Source of the DNA: Thermotogota bacterium
GTDB taxonomy: Bacteria > Thermotogota > Thermotogae > Petrotogales > Kosmotogaceae
NCBI GenBank assembly: GCA_034660555.1
Contig: JAYEJL010000089.1
Span: forward strand, 1 to 12,431
DNA: 12,431 bases
Reading direction: 5' to 3'
The notes under the pieces were generated by a model. The model ran no database searches. It had not been told where the DNA came from and saw only the letters and a program-made list of their open reading frames with translations. Each line of letters starts with the position of its first letter. The stretch's first letter is position 1. Shown piece after piece: positions 1-7,076 of this stretch. Both the position numbers and the translations under genes were made by a program.

Positions 1-1
1 A

Positions 2-619
2 CTTAAGGATTACAGAGGTTCAGTAAAAATCAAAGATAAAGAAGTCAGCTCATTTTCTCCAAAGGAACTGGCAAAAATCATCTCATTCGTTCCACAGGAA
101 TTTAACCCTACCTTTAACTTCAAATGTGATACGATTATTTCCTTTGGAAGAAACCCATATATTGGATTTTTTGGAGGTTTCACAAAAAAGGACTTCGAGA
201 TCATTGGTTATGCAATGAATGAAGCTGACGTACTTAACCTAAAAGATCGATATTTTTATACTCTGAGTGGCGGAGAAAAACAGCGTGTTATTATAGCAAA
301 AACCTTTGCACAGAAAGGCCAAATATTGTTACTTGACGAACTTACGAATCACCTCGACCCGGGCCATACTCAAAAGATCACCCGTATTATTATGGAAAAA
401 ATCAAGAAGGCGAATTTAACAACAATAATGGTTGCTCATGATGTTAACGAAGCCATTTCTTTTTCACACAAATTGATTTTCGTTAAAGAAGGTAAAATTA
501 TTGCTAAAGGCAAACCTGAAGAGATTGTTACAGAGGATCTCATTAGAACGGTTTACGATGCTAAATCACTTATTATTGAAAATCCATTAACAAAGAAACC
601 TTATGTGATATATCATTGA
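2..619 (+). CDS. ABC transporter ATP-binding subunit, Fe3+-siderophore/cobalamin/heme family (5'-truncated by window)
   Basis: The frame of ORF 215..619 is open back to base 2 (LKDYRGSVKIKDKEVSSFSPKELAKIISFVPQE...GRNPY...). It shows a Q-loop (VPQE), signature LSGGEKQRV, Walker B LLLDE, D-loop NHLD and H-loop VAHD. GRxPY and the C-terminal 'G.PEEIVTEDLIRTVY...NPLTKKP' are typical of FecE/FhuC/BtuD-like ATPases. Walker A lies upstream of the window. Confidence 0.9.
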   Translation, partial: LKDYRGSVKIKDKEVSSFSPKELAKIISFVPQEFNPTFNFKCDTIISFGRNPYIGFFGGFTKKDFEIIGYAMNEADVLNLKDRYFYTLSGGEKQRVIIAKTFAQKGQILLLDELTNHLDPGHTQKITRIIMEKIKKANLTTIMVAHDVNEAISFSHKLIFVKEGKIIAKGKPEEIVTEDLIRTVYDAKSLIIENPLTKKPYVIYH

Positions 620-622
620 AAT

Positions 623-645
623 AGCGCTGCCATTATGGCAGCGCT
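623..645. terminator. Probable bidirectional intrinsic terminator between convergent ABC ATPase and htrA
   Basis: Perfect inverted repeat AGCGCTGCCAT-T-ATGGCAGCGCT (GC-rich stem AGCGCTGCC/GGCAGCGCT, loop ATTAT) in the 45-nt gap between the two stop codons. U-tracts are short on both sides. Confidence 0.75.
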
Positions 646-664
646 TTAGACTGAAAAACAGTCA

Positions 665-2059
665 TTACTGATATCTAAAACTTGCGATGTATCTTACGCC
701 CTGCCTGTATATAAATACTGCTACGTAATCTCCCTGTTCTACATTCACAATAAGTTCTTTATAATCCTGTAGCTTGTTTATTTGATATTGTTGTCCGTTA
801 ACACTTATTTTGACTATGATATCATCCTTTTGAAGGCCAAGCTTAGAAGCATAATTATTTGAAAGGATTTCTCTTACTATAACTCCACTGATTTCACCTG
901 AAATAGATAGACGTTCTCTGTCTTCTGGAAGAATTTTACCAACAACCATTCCCATTCTGTTATCTTCGTATCTTTCTTCATCAAGTTTTCCTTCTTCATT
1001 GTTCTGATGACCTAATTTCACTTCTACAGATATCTTTTCTCCAAATCTATTTACCGTTAACTCCACGGTAGTTTCTGGTGGATAACTGTGAATCACTGCT
1101 ACCAGTTCTTCAAAGGTTTTTATTGCTAAATCGTTTACTTTAATAATTACATCCTGAGTTTTCAAGCCTGCTTTATCCGCGGGGGAATCAGCTATAACAT
1201 CTGTTATTAATGCACCGGATTCAACTTTTAGTCCAATGGATTTGGCTGTATTTTCATCAACAGTTCGACCGTAGACCCCAAGGTATGCTTTTTCTAACAT
1301 ACCCGTTTTAATTAGTTGATCAACAAATCTCATTGCAAGATTTATGGGGATTGCAAATCCCAGCGCCGAACCGTATTGGGATGAAACTATAGCAGTATTA
1401 ATGCCCACAACTTGACCATGAATGTTAAGAAGTGGACCACCTGAATTACCAGGGTTAATTGAGGCATCTGTTTGTATGAGGTTTGAATAATAACCATCTC
1501 CCGATGGTTTCTGTATCTGACGACCTTTAGCGCTGATTACACCTACTGTAACTGTATGTTGAAAACCAAGAGGATTACCTATTGCAACTGCCCATTCGCC
1601 AATACTAACATTGTCAGAATCACCAATTTCCAGTATGGGCAATTCTTTTTCTCCTGGATCAATCTTTATTACAGCTATATCTAGCTCTTTATCTCCACCT
1701 ATATATTTTGCTTCATATTTATCACCATTAAGCAATGTGACTTTTATTTGATCCGCGTTGGTTACTACATGCTCATTTGTGAGTATGTAACCTTCTTTAC
1801 TGAAAATAAATCCTGAACCCAAAGCTTCTCTTTTTCTTTGAGTTTCAGGAATTTCTCCAAAAAATCGTTTAAAAAACTCCTCTGTAAGTGAATCAAAGGG
1901 GCTATAGGCTTGAGTTGAAACAACGTCGATTTTTACAACAGCCTCCGCACATGCTTCTACAACATTTTTAACAGGACTCTGATAATCAGGGTTTACATAG
2001 GCAAGACCAGAAAAAGCAAGCAAAACTACGATAATCAAAGCAAAAAGTCTCCTCAACAT
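665..2059 (-). CDS. htrA: HtrA/DegP/DegQ-family secreted serine protease with two PDZ domains
   Basis: Signal peptide MLRRLFALIIVVLLAFSGLA, then LGSGFI, catalytic His (TNEHVV), Asp (ELDIAV), Ser (QTDASINPGNSGGPL), and two PDZ-like C-terminal regions. Start moved from the TTG at 2083 to the ATG at 2059 because the SD AGGAGGTG (2070-2063) lies just upstream. TTG at 2056 is an alternative. Confidence 0.95.
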   Translation of the reverse strand: MLRRLFALIIVVLLAFSGLAYVNPDYQSPVKNVVEACAEAVVKIDVVSTQAYSPFDSLTEEFFKRFFGEIPETQRKREALGSGFIFSKEGYILTNEHVVTNADQIKVTLLNGDKYEAKYIGGDKELDIAVIKIDPGEKELPILEIGDSDNVSIGEWAVAIGNPLGFQHTVTVGVISAKGRQIQKPSGDGYYSNLIQTDASINPGNSGGPLLNIHGQVVGINTAIVSSQYGSALGFAIPINLAMRFVDQLIKTGMLEKAYLGVYGRTVDENTAKSIGLKVESGALITDVIADSPADKAGLKTQDVIIKVNDLAIKTFEELVAVIHSYPPETTVELTVNRFGEKISVEVKLGHQNNEEGKLDEERYEDNRMGMVVGKILPEDRERLSISGEISGVIVREILSNNYASKLGLQKDDIIVKISVNGQQYQINKLQDYKELIVNVEQGDYVAVFIYRQGVRYIASFRYQ

Positions 2060-2062
2060 CAA

Positions 2063-2070
2063 CACCTCCT
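2063..2070 (-). promoter_or_regulatory. Shine-Dalgarno for htrA
   Basis: Minus strand reads AGGAGGTG-TTG-ATG. Confidence 0.85.
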
Positions 2071-2098
2071 GCATTTTTGTCAATATAGAATTCGTTGA

Positions 2099-2126
2099 TT
2101 AGACATAATGTTTTCTTTTCAGGTTC
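2099..2126 (-). promoter_or_regulatory. Putative ECF (sigmaE/RpoE-like) promoter of htrA
   Basis: Minus strand reads GAACCT (2126-2121), 16 nt, GTCTAA (2104-2099). This resembles the RpoE/AlgU-type consensus GAACTT-N16/17-TCTRA and sits about 40 nt upstream of a canonical sigmaE target gene. Confidence 0.65.
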
Positions 2127-2155
2127 ATTTGATTTGAGACAACTAAAATATAAAG

Positions 2156-3214
2156 TTAGAGATACACTTTATTGACGTATTTCGAAGTCATTACCCTTAA
2201 AAGGGCACCATAAGACATATTGAAAGCAATATGTTCTCCTATTTTGTACTCATTTTTACTTTCGGTTATATCAACTATCAGGTGATCACTGGAGGCGTGA
2301 AGAACCTCAAGCTTGTTATTAAGAGGTTTAAGCGATTTGGGTAATACATCCTGTTCACCAAGATCCAGTATAGCTTTCCATCTCCAGCCTTTATCTGTGA
2401 ATTTCGGTTTTCTCCCAAAAGCATCCCTGCCTATTTCTCCCTGAGGTAATGATGGTTTTTTCTTCAGTTCAATAATTTCACCATAAAGAATCGCTGTATC
2501 CTGCCTGGTTCCTGGAATTATACGATTATTTGTTGCATCTGTTCCACATATTATTGATTCCCCTAGTCTGAACTGATTTATGCCTTTTGGGCAATCGCCA
2601 TTTTCTACCAATGGCAACGAAGCAGTATTACCAGCTGAGTAATACTCGAAAACATATCCAGTTTCTTTTCTTATCCTTTCACCAAGTTCAATGAGTATCT
2701 TAAATTTTTCGGGCGTGGCTTTGACACCACCATAACAACCAAGATTGGTACCGATGCCTGTAAGTTTCTTCCCAGCAAGACCTACAGCTTCTTTCACTTC
2801 CTCAAAAGCGTGTTCAAACCACACACCTTCCCTTAAATCACCTGTATCAACCATATAGATAAAAGTGTTGTCTTTCTTTGAAGATTTATTAATCAACCTC
2901 TCCAGAACTGATAGTTCACTAACGAGAATTGTATCCGCGTATTCAATTGCGTTCACTGATTTATCAGATGATGGAGGTCTGAGTAGCATTGTTTTAGCAT
3001 CTATTCCAGATTTTTTAATTCTTTCCAAATTTTCTACACGCGATTCACCAATCTTTACATTATTCACATTTTCTAAAATTGTTTTTACTATGCGGGGATC
3101 ACCACAGGTAACCTTTGAAACAGCAACCATTTCAATTCCGTAATTATTCAGTAAACCCTTTAGATATTTTGCATTGCTGGCAATTCTATCTGGATGGATT
3201 TCTACATAAGCCAC
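2156..3214 (-). CDS. PLP-dependent amino-acid racemase, ornithine/lysine racemase (Orr/YhfX, COG3457) family
   Basis: Alanine-racemase-like TIM barrel with PLP lysine in AVSKVTCG. Family motifs include GESRVENL, MVDTGDLREG, GIGTNLGCYGG, SAGNTASL, RLGESI, EIIELKKKPSLP, DAFG and ASSDHL. GTG start at 3214 with SD AAGGAG (3230-3225). Confidence 0.88.
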   Translation of the reverse strand: MAYVEIHPDRIASNAKYLKGLLNNYGIEMVAVSKVTCGDPRIVKTILENVNNVKIGESRVENLERIKKSGIDAKTMLLRPPSSDKSVNAIEYADTILVSELSVLERLINKSSKKDNTFIYMVDTGDLREGVWFEHAFEEVKEAVGLAGKKLTGIGTNLGCYGGVKATPEKFKILIELGERIRKETGYVFEYYSAGNTASLPLVENGDCPKGINQFRLGESIICGTDATNNRIIPGTRQDTAILYGEIIELKKKPSLPQGEIGRDAFGRKPKFTDKGWRWKAILDLGEQDVLPKSLKPLNNKLEVLHASSDHLIVDITESKNEYKIGEHIAFNMSYGALLRVMTSKYVNKVYL

Positions 3215-3252
3215 TTCTATACAACTCCTTTATGTCTAAATGGTTTTATTAA

Positions 3253-3277
3253 AATTATATCGTATAATTATTATAAT
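3253..3277. promoter_or_regulatory. Divergent sigma70-type -10 elements (bidirectional promoter region)
   Basis: TATAAT on + at 3263-3268 and 3272-3277, and on - at 3259-3254 and 3275-3270. Inverted repeat AATTATA-TCG-TATAATT at 3253-3269. No convincing TTGACA -35. Confidence 0.55.
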
Positions 3278-3686
3278 GAATATGAATAAAGGGTCTTATT
3301 TGCTTTTTATGAACGTACGGGAAAAAATCGAAGTCAGCTCTAAAGGTTCCTGCTGGATTATTGATTCTGGATTATATGTGTATGTTGGTTCAGCAATGTC
3401 GACTTTGACAGAAAGGGTAAAACGACATCTTTCAGAAAAAAAGAATAAACACTGGCATATAGATTTTCTAACTTCCAGATCTGAGATAATCCTTGCTATA
3501 CTGTTACCATCAAAAACCAAAAAAGAAGAAGAAATTTCGCAACTTATCAACGAATTTGGGGTTCCTATAAAAGGTTTTGGTTCTACTGACTGTAAACGAC
3601 TAAAATCAAATCTATATAAAATTAACAGTGAATATGCTGGAACCATTTTTCAAAAGCTTTTTACTAAATGGAGGGAAAACTTGTGA
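3276..3686 (+). CDS. GIY-YIG (Uri superfamily) nuclease-like protein, DUF123 family
   Basis: KGSYLL...GLYVYVGSAM...RVKRH...KHWHIDFL...KGFGSTDC are hallmark DUF123 motifs. Start is more likely ATG 3276 or 3282 than 3240, because family members begin just before KGxY and 3240-3275 overlaps the promoter boxes. Confidence 0.82.
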   Translation: MNMNKGSYLLFMNVREKIEVSSKGSCWIIDSGLYVYVGSAMSTLTERVKRHLSEKKNKHWHIDFLTSRSEIILAILLPSKTKKEEEISQLINEFGVPIKGFGSTDCKRLKSNLYKINSEYAGTIFQKLFTKWRENL

Positions 3687-4480
3687 TTGCATTTATGAGT
3701 GACTGGGGTTACGAAAGCTATTATGTGGGAGTTGCAAAGGCTGTCATAAAATCAATAAAGCCAGAAGTAGATATCATTGACCTCACCCACAATGTTAAAG
3801 AATACAATATTAGAGAGGCAGCACACATATTACAGAGGGCGTGCAAGGATTTTCCACCTCAAACGATATTTCTCGTTGTTGTGGATCCCAGTGTTGGTAC
3901 TTCAAGAAAACCAATTTGTATGAAAGCAAAAAACGACATGTTTTTTGTAGGACCGGATAATGGGGTTTTCAGTTTTGTGGGGAATGATCTTGGTATAAAG
4001 GAAGTTAGAGTACTTGAAAATCAGGATTACTTCTATGGATCGTCACCAACATTTCATGGTAGAGATATCTTTGCACCTGTTGCTGCACATCTTGCGTCAG
4101 GGGTAAAAATTAAAAAACTGGGTAGTCTGCTTATGAATTATGAAATACTGAGATATAGAAAACCTCAGAAAGTCGGTAAAACAATTAGAGGTGAAATTGC
4201 ATATTATGATCATTTTGGAAATCTTGAAACCAACATCCCTGGTGAATATGTGAAGGAATTTTTGGATTATGATGCACTCCTAAAAATTGGACAGAACCAG
4301 TATGAAACAACATTCTGCAGAACATATTTTGATGTAAGACCTGGACAGTTATTAATACATATAGACAGCAGTGGATTTATTGAAATAGCAATCAATGAAG
4401 GCAATGCGCAAAAAATGCTGGGAGCAAAAGCAGGAGAGTTTATCGAAATTGAGAAGGTTGAATCAAATGAAGAAATTTAG
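3683..4480 (+). CDS. SAM hydrolase / SAM hydroxide adenosyltransferase (DUF62, chlorinase/fluorinase superfamily)
   Basis: Motifs IAFMSDWG, IIDLTH, VVVDPSVGTSR, FVGPDNG, SPTFHGRDIFAPVAAHL, DHFGNLETNI and DSSGFIEIAINEGNA. Probable start is GTG 3683 (GTGA overlap with the upstream stop, SD GGAGG at 3670-3674). The ORF track start is 3668. Confidence 0.92.
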   Translation: MIAFMSDWGYESYYVGVAKAVIKSIKPEVDIIDLTHNVKEYNIREAAHILQRACKDFPPQTIFLVVVDPSVGTSRKPICMKAKNDMFFVGPDNGVFSFVGNDLGIKEVRVLENQDYFYGSSPTFHGRDIFAPVAAHLASGVKIKKLGSLLMNYEILRYRKPQKVGKTIRGEIAYYDHFGNLETNIPGEYVKEFLDYDALLKIGQNQYETTFCRTYFDVRPGQLLIHIDSSGFIEIAINEGNAQKMLGAKAGEFIEIEKVESNEEI

Positions 4481-4494
4481 GAAGTGATGTTCTG

Positions 4495-7074
4495 TTGAAA
4501 ATAATAACCACACATTTTAATCCTGATTTTGATGCTTTTTCTTCAGCTGTTGCAGCTCAAAGAATATATCCGGATCATGAAATCGTCATTTCCGGTAATC
4601 TGTCCGAACAGCTCACTGACTTTTTAAGTATATATTTTCCATCACTTTCTTATCATTTATTGAAAAAGATAGAGCTCAAAACCATTGGATCTCTGATAGT
4701 AGTAGATTGTAATGAAAAAGATCGCATCCCTGAAGAAATTACTAAGAAGCTAAAAGGTAAGCTATTTTATTACGATCATCATGGTATCCAGGCAAATCTC
4801 AAAGGAATATTTAAAGCGAGAGGTAGCTGTACCACACTAATGTGTGAAGAACTAAAAAAGAACAAAATAAATATTACATCAACCGAGGCGTCATTTTTTG
4901 CAACTTCCATTTACAGAGAAACTAAGAATTTTACTCTTATGACAACCACTTTCTATGATCTTGAAATCGCTGGCTGGTTATTTAGTAATAATGCTTCTTT
5001 GGAAATAATCTCAAACTATGTTGAAAAGGAGCTAACTGATTACCAGCAAGAAGTCCTTGAGACCATAATAAAAAACGTAGAGAGTTTTGAGCTAGACGGC
5101 ATAAATGTAGGAACATCATTGATAAAGCTTGAAAAGTTCCCATCAAATATTGTTGAAATAGTTGAAAATGCCTGGAGACAACTTGGCTATGATAACCTGG
5201 TTCTTGCTTTTTCGAAGGGAAGAAAAATGATAATAATTGCGCGTTATAAGCGAGAAGATATAAACTTTAAAGATGTATTTAAAAATGCGTCTATAAGCGT
5301 GCACCCATATATCACCTATGCGCGTGTTGAAGTAGAAGAACCTGAAACTTATTTTGAACAGGTTAAAAAAACAATTAAAGAAAATGCATTTGAGTTTGTT
5401 ACTGCAGAAGATATAATGTCCACTCCCGTAAGAACTGTTTTAAATGAAATGCCAGTACGTGAGGCAAGTAAAATTATGGAAAATACCGGTCATTCAGGAT
5501 TGCCTGTGATAAAGAACAACAAAGTAGCTGGTGTTATCACATTGAAAGATGTTCAAAAAGCTATGAAACATGAACTCAAAGAAAAAAAAGTCGAAAAATT
5601 TATGAACACAAAACTTGTGACTGTTAAAAAGAGTGATTCGGTAAATAAAGCATTACAAAAAATGGTAGAAAATGATGTTGGAAGAGTTCTTGTTCTTGAT
5701 GAAGGCATATTATCGGGTATAATCACCAGAACAGATATTATGAGAAATAGTTTTATCTCCAAAAAAACTATAAATAAAGCTTTTGAAAGAAAAAGCTCAC
5801 CTCCAATTACTGTTAATGTAAAAGAATTGCTTGAAACAAGGATCCCTTCAAAAATATTAACAATTCTTAGATTTATAGGAATTGTAGGATCAGAAATCAA
5901 TATGCCTGTTTACGTTGTTGGAGGATTTGTTCGCGACGTACTTCTTAATCGTGAGAATTTTGACATAGATATTGTGGTGGAAGGTGATTCTATTACCTTT
6001 ACACGTGCTTTTAAAAAATATTTTGACGTGAAAACAGTAAATCATCCCGAATTCTTGACTTCATCGATCTTTTTTAAAAATGGTTTTAGAATTGATGTCA
6101 CTACGGCCAGAACAGAGTATTACGAGAAACCAGCTGTACTCCCCAATGTTGATGTCAGTACCATCCGAAAAGATCTTTATCGTAGGGACTTCTCAATAAA
6201 TGCCATGGCAATCAAACTAAATCAAGAAGAATTTGGACTTCTTTATGATTTCTTTGGAAGCAGACGGGATTTATCTAGAGGTATTATCAGAGCGCTTTAC
6301 AATCTGAGTTTTGTAGAAGACCCCACCAGAATATTAAGAGCAATACGTTTTGAGCAGCGCTTTGGATTTAATATTGAAGAAAGAACTCTAGAAGCACTAA
6401 AGCATTTTACTGAAGAAGGTTATATTGAACATGTTACAGGACAGAGAATAAGGGAGGAACTCGAAAAAATACTGGAGGAACCCGAACCTTTCAAAGGAAT
6501 TAAGCGCATGTTTGATCTTAACGTTTTGCAGCGTGTATTTTGCGATTGCAATATTACTTCTAAAAAAATTAAGTGTTTAAGAAATGCTGTTAAAAGACAA
6601 AAGTATTTTTCACAGATCAACATAGAACCCAAGCTGTTTTATATTGTCGTAATGATATTGTACTCTGACGAAGAAGAAAAGAGTATAAGAAATGTCATTG
6701 ATCGCTACGGATTACCAGATCGTATTGAAGACTGGATTAACAAAGGTAAAAAATTAAAGATAGAGCTTCAAAAATTAGAAAAACCTTCTATTCCGAAACT
6801 ATATGATATATTAAAAAGACCACAGGATGAGATAATTGTATCTGTTGATTCCTGGTTCAACAAGGAAACATCAGAGAAAATTAGAAAATACTTTATTTTA
6901 TATGAGAAGAACAAACCTTCAATAACAGGAAAAGATTTAATTGAAAAATTTAATCTTAAAGAAGGACCTCAAATTAGAGAAATTCTGAACGCATTGTATA
7001 GAGCAAGAATTGAAGGTTTATCTGAAAATAAAGAGAAAAAATTTGTTGAAGAATACTTAAAAGGAGGTATGTAA
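4495..7074 (+). CDS. cca: Class II tRNA nucleotidyltransferase (CCA- or A-adding) with N-terminal DHH domain and CBS pair
   Basis: DHH motifs THFNPDFDA, VVD, YYDHH and GSCTT; CBS pair (DIMSTPV...GLPV...GVIT; FMNTK...GRVLV...GIITRTDI); NTase motifs VVGGFVRD, DIDI, RIDVTTARTEYY, DLYRRDFSINAMA, EDPTRILRAIRFEQR and QRIREEL. TTG start with SD-like AGGAAGTGA (4479-4487). Confidence 0.92.
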   Translation: MKIITTHFNPDFDAFSSAVAAQRIYPDHEIVISGNLSEQLTDFLSIYFPSLSYHLLKKIELKTIGSLIVVDCNEKDRIPEEITKKLKGKLFYYDHHGIQANLKGIFKARGSCTTLMCEELKKNKINITSTEASFFATSIYRETKNFTLMTTTFYDLEIAGWLFSNNASLEIISNYVEKELTDYQQEVLETIIKNVESFELDGINVGTSLIKLEKFPSNIVEIVENAWRQLGYDNLVLAFSKGRKMIIIARYKREDINFKDVFKNASISVHPYITYARVEVEEPETYFEQVKKTIKENAFEFVTAEDIMSTPVRTVLNEMPVREASKIMENTGHSGLPVIKNNKVAGVITLKDVQKAMKHELKEKKVEKFMNTKLVTVKKSDSVNKALQKMVENDVGRVLVLDEGILSGIITRTDIMRNSFISKKTINKAFERKSSPPITVNVKELLETRIPSKILTILRFIGIVGSEINMPVYVVGGFVRDVLLNRENFDIDIVVEGDSITFTRAFKKYFDVKTVNHPEFLTSSIFFKNGFRIDVTTARTEYYEKPAVLPNVDVSTIRKDLYRRDFSINAMAIKLNQEEFGLLYDFFGSRRDLSRGIIRALYNLSFVEDPTRILRAIRFEQRFGFNIEERTLEALKHFTEEGYIEHVTGQRIREELEKILEEPEPFKGIKRMFDLNVLQRVFCDCNITSKKIKCLRNAVKRQKYFSQINIEPKLFYIVVMILYSDEEEKSIRNVIDRYGLPDRIEDWINKGKKLKIELQKLEKPSIPKLYDILKRPQDEIIVSVDSWFNKETSEKIRKYFILYEKNKPSITGKDLIEKFNLKEGPQIREILNALYRARIEGLSENKEKKFVEEYLKGGM

Positions 7075-7076
7075 AT

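Noticed and set aside
10..204. 64-aa minus-strand ORF
   Set aside because: Antisense to the open, motif-bearing 5' extension of the ABC ATPase; a shadow ORF.
2078..2083. TTGACA on the minus strand upstream of htrA
   Set aside because: Too close to the start codon; a matching -10 would fall on the start codon region, and there is none.
2865..3646. ORFs 2865..3143 (+) and 3296..3646 (-)
   Set aside because: Fully antisense to the racemase and DUF123 genes, with the F/S/L/I-rich composition typical of reverse-frame shadows and no motifs.
3276..3686. GIY-YIG as a homing endonuclease, mobile element or defence nuclease
   Set aside because: Short DUF123-type protein with no intron, intein, terminal repeats, methylase or other defence genes nearby.
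3683..4480. Possible fluorinase/chlorinase (halogenation pathway)
   Set aside because: It keeps the Asp (VVD), Arg (GTSR) and His (TFHGRD) residues characteristic of hydroxide-using DUF62 enzymes, and there is no secondary-metabolite context.
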